A stretch of 64,000 nucleotides of DNA from Vicugna vicugna. Its lineage: Eukaryota. The stretch lies in the NCBI GenBank assembly GCA_013265495.1, contig MU061017.1, positions 6,596,180-6,660,179 of the forward strand, written 5' to 3'. The notes beneath the pieces were generated by a model that had not been told where the DNA came from, ran no database searches, and saw only the letters and a program-made list of their open reading frames with translations. Both the position numbers and the translations under genes were made by a program. Of this stretch, positions 24,133 to 39,772 are shown one piece after another (positions within the stretch are counted from its first letter, which is position 1; the number at the start of each line of letters is the position of its first letter).

Positions 24133-25170
24133 TCAAGCGAAGACAGGGGAGTTGTGCCAGTCAGAATACACTAGAAATCCAGAGAAGGTGCTGTCTGTCT
24201 TGATGCTGGCATATATGCCAATATAATCACCCACTCCCACCTGTACCCACACCTGGTCCTCAGGCTCCAACCTCACCATGGCGCCCCCGGAGAGCGAGGC
24301 TGGCTTGGGCCACCCCCCAAAGAACTGGAAGAAAGAGGCAATGGACTCGCCGTTCTTGACCAGATCGAACTGCAGGCTAGCCCGGTACACGGTGGCGTGG
24401 ACGGCGAAGTAGTAGACTCCGGGCACCTGGCAGGTGAATTTGCCGGTGGTGGCGTCGTAATGTCCCTGCTCGTTCACCAGTACTCGGTCGAAGGGTAGGG
24501 GCGCGTCCGACGGCGGGGGCACCCGGCTTTCGGAGCGCTTGGCGCTGAAGGCGGAGCGCGGAGGCACCGAGCACTCGCCCGCAGGCCCGGTCGCCCCCAT
24601 GGGGCCCGCCTCTCCTCTTGGCCCGGGCTCCCCACGAGGCCCCGGGAGGCCTGCGGGGGTGGAAAGTGAGCGGTTAGGGTGAGCCCTCCGCGGTCCTCCC
24701 TCATCCTCCCTCGGTTTCTCAGCCCACCCTTCCGGCCAGGGCCCCCTCCCTGCTTCCTGCAGGGCTTGGGGGCAGATCTGAGGGTCCCAGGGGTTCTGGC
24801 TCCCGTCGCTGAGTCACTCTCTCCTCTCCCGGCTCCCGGAGCAGACGGGGTCGGGCGGGGACAGGAGCGGCGCTCCCTGGCGGGAGCCTGGAGCCGCGGG
24901 GAGCGGGAGCAGGGCCGCGCTAGCTCGGACGTCCGTCCCCACGGATCGCCTCTTACCCGGCCTCCCGCCCTCTCCTTTCTCTCCCGGAGGCCCAGGCGCG
25001 CCGTCTCGGCCGTCGCGGCCGTCGCGGCCGGGCAGGCCCTGGCTGCCGTGGTGGCCCGGCGTGCCGGGAAGGCCGGGGTGCCCCGGGCACAGGCTGGGGA
25101 TCTTGTTGTCGTCCAGCGGGGGAGAGCCGGCCGCCAGGCCCAGGAGCAGCAGGGCGAGGAGCGGCCTCAT
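24133..25170 (-). CDS. C1QTNF5: C1q and TNF-related protein 5 (CTRP5); 2 coding exons, 243 aa
   Basis: Exons 24957-25170 and 24133-24650, total 732 nt. Signal peptide [15 protein letters not shown], Gly-X-Y collagen repeats, C1q domain ending …[15 protein letters not shown]. The first coding exon has its acceptor at 25213/25214. Confidence 0.98.
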
Positions 25171-25430
25171 GGCGCTGGCACGCGGAGCCCGGACGCCGGG
25201 TGCCTCTGGTCGTCTGTGGGCCGGGCAGGACAAGAGTCGGGACCCAGAATCCTGGGACCTGCCTCGCTTCCCGCCCCGGCGCTGCCGGCTGGGTCTCCAC
25301 CCCACTGCCCTGCCCCTGACTGAGGCTGAGCGGCCGCGGGGGAACGAAGAAGGGGGCGCCCCCTAGACCCGGGAACCCTGAGAGCCCAGCGCAGAGGAAC
25401 GGGGAGGCCGGCCCTCCCTGCCCCCCCAAT
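24260..25430. promoter_or_regulatory. CpG island over the C1QTNF5 coding exons and 5' region
   Basis: Very high CpG and GC density. Confidence 0.7.
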
Positions 25431-26404
25431 CCAGGCTGGTGCCCAGTCTTTCCCACAGCCCCTCCCCATCCCTCTTTCCCCGCCCCTCCCCCCTCGGCCA
25501 GACTCACCCCTCTCCTGGCTCTGAGGGGCTGCTCGCTTCTCTCTGGCCTCCTTCGGGACGCTTGCCACTCTGGACCCTCTGCTTGACCCCTGCTGCCTTC
25601 TCTGCGCTTCTCTCCCGCCCGGCGCCCCTTGCCCTCGGCGTCCCCCTGATCCTGGTTCTTTCCTTGCCGGCTTCTCTCTGCTCCTCCCAGACTCCAAGAG
25701 GAAACCAGTTGTTCAGGGGCCAAGAGCCCGGGCTGGGAAATAGCAGGGAAATAACTCGTGGTGTCGGCCGGCAGCCGGCCAAAGTTTGAGGGAGAAAGGA
25801 GAGAGAGAGAGATTTGAGCCGGGCACAGAAAGGCAGAACCGTGAGAGACATGCTTAGGGCATCTACAGCTCCAAGGAGCTGGAAGGAGGGATGGCATCTT
25901 GACAGAGACCAAGGACAACGCTGTAGTTCAGGAGAAATAGAAGCTGAGAACTGAGGGTGGAGAGTTCTAGATGCAGTAGACATCTAGATCCCTGGGGCTT
26001 AGAACAGGGCCTGCCACACGAGTAGGCACTTAGTACATTTTTGTTGAGTAAATGAGAAAGAAGGTGGGTGGTAGAGAACCTTAGAAAAGAAATGGAGATG
26101 GGGAAGGCAGAAAATAGGAAATCAGGGTCAGAGGCTTGTGTGAGAAGCGGTCCAGATTGTCAATGGTACTGCGTGGAGTCAGGCCAGCTGTTTGCAACAT
26201 CTGGGGCAAGTAAAGGGATAGGGAAAGATCCGGGAGGGTGGGAGGGTCCGATTAGCCCCATTGAGGACTTCTCTTTCCCGCCCTGGGAGGACCCAGAGGG
26301 GATGGGCAGAGTCCTATGCTGGCCCCTGTCCTTTGCTTCCCCTGCCTGCCTGCCCTGATGGGCAAAGGAGGCTGAGCAGCAGAGGGCAGGGGCCTGCTTA
26401 AGAG

Positions 26405-31103
<4,699 letters not shown>

Positions 31104-32643
31104 GGCTCTAGGCTCTGCATGGCTTCCTGGAGTCCCTGCGATAGCCCAAGACCCCAAAAGGCCCGCCAGCTTCCCCCAGGCCCCCGATCGAAGGGGCAGT
31201 CTCTGCTGTCTGAGGGTGCGGGCTGCCAGGCTGGACCAGCTCTCCTGCTGCCCTCGGCAGACTGGCTCAGGCTACTGGCTATTCCGTCTCTGTGTGGGGG
31301 AGGGGACAGCAGCCAGAAGGAATTCGCAGCAGCGTGAAACAGTCCCTTAATCCAACTCAGCTGAGGATGCAGAGATTGTGCCCCTGGCACAGGACAGCGG
31401 TCCTTAAAGGCACAGGCCGCCAACACCTCGCGGGGGAAGCTAGGTGCTCTGTGAAAGGTGTGACCGGGGAGCTAGCCACCCCTGTCCTAACCTCACTGGG
31501 GTGTTGAGTGAGCATCTGAGGGATGCTGGAGGGAAGAGGGACAGTGGGGCCGTTTTGCAGTCACGAGAGAGCCTTAGAAGCTGGATGTTAGGGTTTGGCA
31601 GCTTAAAGGCCTATGAGTCCTGGGGCCCTGGACAAAACTGCTGCCCACCACGACTTCCCATCCGGGTGATGGGAAGACTGGGTCTTTGGAAGTTTCCCTA
31701 AAGCACCTGAGTGACCAGGTCAAGGAGATAAGCCATTACGGGCAGAACATGGTGTGTTTGTGCTGATGTGAGTCAGGGAGCTTGAGGGACTGGCTGTCTC
31801 TCCCTGGGCCCCCTCGGCCTGCAGGAGAAAGGGCAGAGGAGGAGACAGTGCCTAAGGCCTTGGACGGGTCGGTCAGGGTGGGCCCTTCAATGGGTTGTGG
31901 AGTCCGGCATCTGCTGCTGCAGGATAGAAAACCTGCGCTCTGCCTCTCTCTCCATGAGTGAATTTCTCTTGGAAAATCCCAGCCTGGCATAGCTGTACTC
32001 ACGGAGAAAGGAAAGAGATTGTTAATCTGCTTTGTGTTAGCTGTGCTCAGCCTGAGAGTTGGGGAGGCAGCATGATATTTCTGGCTACCATTTGTAGGAT
32101 GTCTGTTAGGTATTAGGCCCTGGGTCCTATGGGCATTTTCTCCCCTTTCATCACTCTGTGAGGTAGCACAACCCTTTACAAATGATGGCCTAGGGCTCTG
32201 AGAGGTGAAGTAACTTCCCTGAGGTCACACAGCTGGTAAGATACAGAGACAAGAGTTGGACCCAGGACTGGGTAAATTCAAAGCACGTGTTTTCTGTGGC
32301 CCACCTCTTTCACCCCACACTGGCCTGAGGCTGGCTGGTGACAGAGGGGAGCTAAGTGAAGAGCCCAGTGGGGAGAGAAGAAACAAAGGAAACAGATCTG
32401 CGATCCTGAGGCAGCTCCTCTCACACTCAGGAGATCCCCCCACAACCGGTTCCTCTCCATTCCCTGCCTGGAGGGCCCTGGGCTGCTTTTGTCCAGAGAA
32501 CAAGCCTTTCCTTGGACCTGGGATGTGGACTGCTTTTAGAGGGTTTGAGAGGTCGAAAGTATTTCTATAATAACACTGAGACCATATTGTCCTTTTCCCC
32601 TTTTATTCATGAGTGCACAGCATGGTTTCCAGAGGCCGTGTGA

Positions 32644-33133
32644 TGTCATAGGGAAGAACATACCTGACTCCATATTGGATCTGTTTCTTCTGCTTTAACC
32701 TTTGTATTCTATTGCTTCTGCTGTAAGTTAATCACCGAAGGGATGCTGCCTATAAACTTAAATTATACGTAATGGCCCATCTCTGGGAACCCTGCCTCCC
32801 AGGTAATGAGCATTAAGCTAAAATACCTTTGTTTAGCTTACAGGAAACATCCTGACCAGGCCCACCCGTGAATGAGGGCAGGCAGGAAGAAATTAACACA
32901 TCCCCTTGGGAGGCTGCGGGAACCAGGAAATGTTTGACTTTACTCCCTCCCCTTTTAGCATAAAAGAAGCCTGAATGTTAACTCAGGCAAGATGTTTCTC
33001 TGGGACACTAGCCCACCATCTTACTCAGTCTCCTGGCTTTCCGAATAAAGTTTCTATGCCTTGCCCCAGCAACTCATCTCTTGATTTATTAGTGTGTCAT
33101 GCAGGGAGCAGTGCGAGCTTGGACTCGGTAACA
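32644..33133 (+). mobile_element. ERV1-type LTR
   Basis: TG…CA termini (tgtcataggg…ggtaaca), TATA-like cataaaa at 32959-32965, AATAAA at 33044-33049, immediately followed by a PBS-like sequence. Confidence 0.8.
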
Positions 33134-33710
33134 AAGTTTGTCTTAGCCAGCCAGGAGCCAGGAGCCTTGACACTTGTGTCCAGCTGGCCCTGGCTGAGGA
33201 GTTTTCTGGTCAGGCCCCAGCAGCTGCCGGGACTACTTCTCTTGAGGATCTTCCCTGCAAAATTCCCCAAAGTGGCACGGACTGCCCCAGCGCTTGGCAG
33301 TTGGAGCAAGGAATCGACGTCTGGGAGCAGACGAGCTCCATACGGTACGGTAAATCGCTCCAGTGTGTATGGCTGGAAGCTTCATTTCCTCTGTCTGGGG
33401 CTTCTCCAGAATAAGCCAGCTTGCTTTGTATTTGAGTGGGGTACCCTGTTGGACAGAGGAAGTAGTTGTTGGACTTCTACCTGATTTGTGAACCAGTTCG
33501 TTTGTTTCTTTGTATGCTAGCATTTGTGTGCTGTTTTGTGCTGTATTTCTGTCTTAAAAAATGGGGAATATTTCAACTATCCTTAAAGTCCTCGGAAGCA
33601 CATTTTGGATAAGTGGTCTGATTACAACTATGAACCTATGATTAAGAGGAAGATGATATTTTTATGGTAACAGTATATGGCCACGTTAACTGTTAGGATC
33701 TCCATAATGG
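33134..33710 (+). mobile_element. ERV leader: PBS for tRNA-Arg(ACG) and decayed gag matrix start
   Basis: agccagccaggag at 33145-33157 is complementary to the tRNA-Arg-ACG 3' end. ATG GGG AAT at 33561 (MGN), then HILDKWSDYNYEPMIKRKMIF…NSIWP, a gammaretrovirus-like matrix remnant. Confidence 0.7.
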
Positions 33711-33747
33711 GTTTAGGCAGGGTTATCTTGAGTTACTTTTGGGTAAT

Positions 33748-33796
33748 CGCGCGTGCGCGTGCACGCGCGCGCGCATGTGTGTGTATGTGTGTGTAC
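33748..33796. repeat. Alternating purine-pyrimidine microsatellite (CG/TG), Z-DNA prone
   Basis: cgcgcgtgcgcgtgcacgcgcgcgcgcatgtgtgtgtatgtgtgtgtac, 49 bp of unbroken alternation. Confidence 0.9.
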
Positions 33797-34429
33797 CTGA
33801 GTCCAAATCCTGTTCTCTCTTCCTTGTTTTGCTGAAAGTGAGGCATGTAACGGTGAGTGAATGATATATATTACTGCATATCACGGTTATTTCTTTAAAC
33901 TGAGTAGATATTTGGGAACTAGAAAAAAGCTGTGGTCCACATTCACTGTAACTGGGGGGTGAGCCGCTCCAGCTTGCGCAGGCTGGGAATTCTCTCCACT
34001 CCATCTGGGCTTATTCCCTTGTGGAAGGCGAGCTGCTCTGGGCTCACTGTGAGTCACTCTGGGTCCATTCTCTTTCGGGAGCTGGGCCCATCAATTTGGA
34101 GCCCTTCGTCTGGGAGTGGAAGTAGAACTTTACACCTCCTCTGATTTTCTGTCCGTGTGACTATAGCTTATTTGTTGTTTGTGATTTTGTGTTCATGATG
34201 TTGGAATGAGCCACTCCAGCTTGTGCGGGATGGGAAAATTCTACCCAATCCATCTGAGTTCATTTGCCTTTCAGAGAGTGAGCTGTTCTGGGCTTACTGC
34301 GAGCCACTCTGGGCCCATTCTCTGGCCCAGCTCTCGAAAATCTGTTTGGAGGCCTCCGTCTGGGAGTGGAAGTGGAACTTTTGGGCTATACCTCGTCTGA
34401 TCTTTGGTTTATGGGACCATGTTTGTTGT

Positions 34430-35900
34430 TTATAGTAGCTTCCTTCTGGTCTTGGGCCACAGTTCCAGGCCCAAAGGAGAGCACATATCCCAGGTACTTA
34501 ACCTGTTGGGTGAAAATCTGGGCCTTGTGAGGAGAAACTTGGTACCCTCGTTCCCCTAGGAAGCTGAGAACCTGAATAGTGTTTTTATCTGAGTAACTGT
34601 CCTCAGGTCTTGGACAAGCCGGCATTCTCCATTTTGCTTTTACGTGAGAATGGGAGTACTACGTGGAGACTGGCAGGGTTGTAACAGCCCATGCTTTAAG
34701 AACTTGGTTATATTTTTTTTGATTTTTTTAAACATTTTTTATTGATTTATAATCATTTTACAATGTTAAGAACTTCATTATTAAAGGCTGGGTACCTCGT
34801 TGGTTCTCAGGCCTCAAGGAATAATGTCTCTTTGTGGATAATTAGCATTGGGTTTTAAGGAGATCTGAACTGGGGGCATATTAGCCTTGCCAGGGACTTC
34901 TGTGTCTCAGGCAGTGGGGTTTACTTAAGAAACAATATGGGGTGGAAGGGAGACCTCCTCTGGCTTGGGAGGTAGGTTCCCAAGGCCAAGAGCAGTCGTT
35001 TTTCTTTGGCGGGTGCTCTCTTTGTGAGGGTCCCCAAATTGGGTTATTGTCTGGAATTTAGTGAGCAAATTTCTTCCCAGCAAGGGGATGGGGCACGCAG
35101 ACATGAGCAGAAACTGATATACAAAGGAAAATTTTTCTAGCAGGCAGCTAGGTTGTGAATCGCTTGGTTTGTGGCTTTCCATCGATCCTGGTTATTACAC
35201 AGGATCGGGAGGACAAGGGTCCAGGGAAGTCAGTCAGCACAGAGTAAGCGGCGCCGTGTCTGATAAGAAAACAACGTTCCTATCTGCCATGTCAAGGGTT
35301 ACCTGAGGCTCCTCCAGAGAAATGACCAGGTGTCCTTTGGGAGCCACGGAGGGTCCCGGGCCCCCTCACCTCGGCTATCATTGGTTTGGGGGCCCCTTCT
35401 GGGCTGGGGACAGTCCCGCTTCCGGTGGCCTTCTCGTTGCATATCGGGCAGGGCCTCGGTGGGCTCTTGCCATACATGGTGTATTCATTCTTCCAGTGGC
35501 CCTCCCGGCTGCACTTAAAACAGGTCCCTTTTTGGTGAAACAATGCCTCTGATCCAGGCATCCTGGATCCTGTCCTCACCATGGGTCTTCAAAAGAGAGG
35601 GTAACCCTGAGGTGGTGCAGGGGTTAGGGTTGCCGCTAAGAACTGTGCCTTCCTCTGTTGTCCCTGAATCCTCCTCACCTCTTCAACCCTGTCTCTGTTG
35701 TTAAATACTCCAAATGCCAGATCCGTGAGCTGGTTCATGGGTGTCTTGGGTCCCAGAGCTGCCTTTTGTAATTTTCTCCTTATGTCTGGGGCCCACTGAG
35801 TGATAAAATGGGTATTTGCCAGGACTTCCCCCTCAGGGGCCTCAGGATTAACCTCAGGTTGTTTTAAGCAGGGAGTGGCTTGGAGAGAACTGGGTTTTAG
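34430..35900 (-). mobile_element. Class I ERV internal remnant: gag CA-NC, protease, partial RT
   Basis: CA: HFITQWAPDIRRKLQK…AFGVFNNRD. NC zinc knuckle: CFKCSREGHWKNE. PR: CPIPLLGRNLL. RT: PCQS…TPIL…CRLVQDLR and GYQVSPHKAQI…VKYLGYVL. Many stops and frameshifts. Confidence 0.9.
34706..34765 (-). mobile_element. 60-bp LINE 3'-tail insertion inside the ERV RT
   Basis: T-rich tail with minus-strand AATAAA, flanked by the 10-bp direct repeat ttaagaactt (34696-34705 and 34766-34775). Confidence 0.6.
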
Positions 35901-38305
35901 AACAGTCCCTGTTTGTGGAAAGATGGTAGAAAGGAAGCACGGGGGTAGGATGGGAGGGCAGGAAGCTTCTCTCTGGCTTTGCTGTTGCCCCAGCCATCCT
36001 CCACTACACGCCTGGCTCTGCGGACACAGACACCTTTGTGATTGGCTGCTTTGTGGACATGTTTCTGGGAGAGGAGCCCCCCCAGCGAGGGCCCAGGTCA
36101 GGGTGGGAGAATGGCATAGGGTAAGGGACAATGAGGCAGAGAGAACACAGACCCCTTAACTCATCGTCTCACTCGACCTTCATAACAGCCCTGGGAGGAT
36201 GGTCAGGGAAGTGTTTTTGTTCCCATTTTCCAGATGTAACTGAGACACCAGAGTCAGACAGCTGGCAAGGAGCAGCGCAGGGTTTCAGGGGTGGGTCTGT
36301 TGGATTCCTGGTTTTCAGCATTTAATCCTTTTTTCCTTTTCTTTTTTACATTTTCCATGTTCTTTCTATAAACCTTGTAGAATATTGGCGGTGAAAGGGC
36401 CTGTGGCCGAGGACTCCTGTAGGAGGCGTCTGCTGGAGCCCAGGTGTGCAGAGGAGGCCGGGGCCGTGAAGCCCCAGGGAGGTTTCAGGCCTGCAGCCCT
36501 CGGGCCCGAGGTTGCTTGCTTCATTCTTGGCTATCTCTTAGGCTTCCTTTTCTTCCTTCCTAGGCCGTGGGGCCTTGGCCTTCTTGCCTCTTCCTTCTCA
36601 TGGGGTCTCCCCATGTTTCCACCATCGGCTGTGGACATAGCGTCTCCAGCACCTGCTTTCCTTGCTGCTGCAGAAGTGTCTACATGGACTGTCCCGCTGC
36701 CAACTGTGGACAAAACTGACAATCAAAGGGAAGTTCTCTCTTTTCTTGCTCGAGTGATCTCTAGCTTCCTGGAAGCTCCTCTGGGCTTTTGCTTCATTCC
36801 TGTAAGCTCGAATCCTTGCAGCTCAGCCTGGCCTGCTCTCTGCGGCCTCTCTGTAACCAGGAGGGGCGAGGCCAGCTTGAGGTTAGCTGTCACCTTCTAG
36901 ACTCTGGCTCTCTAGCTCTCCCTCCTGCTGGCTCTCCAGCTCTAACCTTCCAGGCCAGGCAGACCAGCCTCTCTGTTGTCCTGGAACACACTGTACCCAC
37001 CCTACTTGTCCTTGTCCAGGCTTGTCCTCTGATCTGAACGCTTGCCTTTTGCTCGCTCCTGGGACCAGCATTATAGGTGTGCATTAGGACCTGACATTTC
37101 TAACCCCGTAAATCTGTCAGATACTCCCTCTTCTCCTTGTTCACTGCCACCTCCGCCCTTGACTCTCCACTCCTTGGTTCCTGGATCTTCTCTGGTCTCT
37201 AGGAGCCTGGAAGACTGCAGCTCAGGCCCAGCCACCCCACTGCTACCTCCAAGAGGCAGGTCATACCAAATATCACGAAATCAGAAAGCTCATCCCTTGG
37301 CTTCAGAATGTACATTCAGTGGCTCTGTCTCATTAATTCTGTGTGGTTTGGGCAACACCATACTTCGCATTCCTGAGAAGTCAGAAGGCTGACTTCTCAT
37401 CCTAAGAGGCCAGGAGAACTAAGCATTTGCCGAACATCACCCATTAAGAGGATCGTAGTGGAGTATTGATGGTGTGGTCCTAGGAATGGAAGTGAGTTGG
37501 GGGAATATGGACATTCGTTGACCTCCTACTGTGGGCCAGACACTTGCAGCTCTGAGTAGCTATTGTTATGCTTGGATTACAGAGGAGGAAACTGAGGCTC
37601 AGAGAAACTAAGTGATATTCTTGGACTATGAATTCTAGTCTCCTTCTGCTGCCTCCTGCCCGGGTGTTTGTGCCCATAGAGCAGTGAAGGACGGGCCCCT
37701 TAGAGATGCACAGCCCAGACCTGCTAGTGCCCAGGTAGGTGACAGATTGTGCTGGGTCTGCTCTTGGGTGTGTGTGAATGTGTAGAGTCAGGGAGTTCCC
37801 TGGTTATGTCACTGTTCAGCTCAATTGCTAACAGACACAGGTTGGGAAATTTTCTGCAGAAAGTCCTGGAAAAAATGCTATTTGACCAAAAGGCAGAGCA
37901 CTCAGATGGAAAGAAATCTGGTTGGGGAGTCAAGATCCCTGGGTTCCATCTGATGAGCTGGTGGACTTGAGCAATTTCTCCAGCGCAGGTGTCCTCACTG
38001 GAAAGATAATGTGGACAAGGTGACCTCTATGGTCCTAACTCTGAAGCTTTATGGAAAGAAAGTGATATGTACTTTCTGAGCACTTGTCACTTTAAAACAT
38101 ATAAACTTCATAAAGTGGAACCGGGGAGCCAGATGTGTCTAAGTCCCCTAATGTAGGACTTGTGTTTAGAGAAATAGTGACTTAGAATGAGAACACTTGA
38201 GCTGAGACCTTTGAGATCCACTAGTCCAGTCTCCGTAATTCACAGATGAGACACTAAAGCCCTGAAAGAGGGAGGTTCTTGTTCAAGGTCACACAAGAGC
38301 AGGTG

Positions 38306-38373
38306 CAGGGGAACGCCTCCCCCAGGGAGAGGCCAGGGGAACGCCTCCCCTAGGGAGAGGCCAGGGGAACGCC
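38306..38373. repeat. 28-bp tandem repeat, about 2.4 copies
   Basis: Unit caggggaacgcctcccc(c/t)agggagaggc starts at 38306 and 38334; partial copy at 38362. Confidence 0.9.
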
Positions 38374-39766
38374 AGCAGAGAATGGAAGCAATCCCAGTTG
38401 CTAGGAGACAAAGCTGATGGGTAAAGAAACATGGGGACAGGCTGTGTATGGGGCTCCGTGTAGCACCAGGACGCGTTGCTGTGGGAGAAGCAAGCACCAC
38501 AGGCTAAGCACAGAAAGGAGCGCTGGGAGCCAGGGTGGAGGGGACTGAGCCCCTGCCCTCGACGCCACCTGCAGCTTGTTCCCGGTGGGAGACAACAGAC
38601 ACACTTCTACCTCTAGTGAGAAACTAGTCACAGGAGAGGGAGTGCACCTTGCAGGGGTTTGGGGCTCAGCTACCCACTTTGCTGTTGTTTCCATTTTGAG
38701 GGTGATCCTCTTCACCTGTGGTTTGGGGTATGTTATCAGCATTTAACATGGTATCCTGCGTTGGGCTCCTCCTAGGGCAGGCTGGGGAGAAATCCCAGGC
38801 TTGAGTCACTGTTGTTTTCAAGCCTTCTTGGAAATGTCCAGAAAAATTGCCCCCACCATTGTCTCAGCCCGGGAGGTAACAGCAGTGCTTTGATTTCTCA
38901 GTGTCTGGAGCAGGGATGGCTGCGGGAAAAATCCCGGTAAACACTCTAAGCTCAGCTGGTGGAGACTTCAGTTTCCCAAGTTCTAGAATCTGGTAGAAAT
39001 GGTAAATCTGAACAGCACTGAGAAAAGATAAAACCAAAGGCGCTGAGTCCCTTGGGGGCCCCAGTGAGGCCCTCCCTTCAAGGGGTTAAATCTGGTGCCG
39101 TCTTGAAAACACTTTGGAGAACAGCGCATTTAATGAAAAGGCAGCTGTTTCCGGGTCTTTGTGGGGCAAGCTGAGAGCTTCCGTTCCCCGAGGACCAAGC
39201 CTTGATCACTCCACGCCCAGGCACGGCCGCTCTGCTCTAAGAGCAGATTTGCTGTATTAAGCCTCTGCTGGAGAGGCCTGTCTTAGCCTGTTGTAGGTCA
39301 GCACAGGTACCCGTGTCAACAGGGAACCACAGGGGTGCCCACGCCAGCAGTTAAAGAGCAGGTAGACCATTTAAAGAAACATCTGTTAGAGATGCTGATT
39401 TTCTTAGGTGTGAAGCCAGGGTTGTGATTAAGTGGGAGACACATGCTGATGGTGATTGGAAACCTCACCCCTAAATATTTTGCCCCAAAGAATAAAGTAT
39501 ACATAGACAGAGGTGGAAAACGTTAATAACCGGTGAATCCAGGTGAGAAATGTCATGTTCGAAATGAGTACTAGTTCAGCTTTTTTTTTTACAGAACTGA
39601 GAAGTTTAAACCAAAAAGCGGGTAGTTAACTTTTTCCAGAACTTGGAATTTACAATCTGGCCAAAGCAGTAAAATACCTGGCCACTGACAGGCTAGGAGT
39701 GCTTCCTGGGTTCAAACCTCTCCCAAATCAAGATTCCACTGCTCACCAATTTGTTTCTCAAAGCTA

Positions 39767-39772
39767 TTTATT
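39767..39772 (-). terminator. USP2 polyadenylation signal (candidate)
   Basis: Minus-strand AATAAA about 1.6 kb after the USP2 stop. Confidence 0.65.

Noticed and set aside
25351-25364. Palindrome AGGGGGCGCCCCCT as a double CTCF site
   Set aside because: Only the 3' half of the motif matches; such strings are common in CpG islands.
24679-25918. 321-aa (-) and 214-aa (+) ORFs over C1QTNF5
   Set aside because: They run through an intron and a CpG island, the 321-aa ORF starts at a non-ATG codon, and the composition is low-complexity Gly/Arg/Pro.
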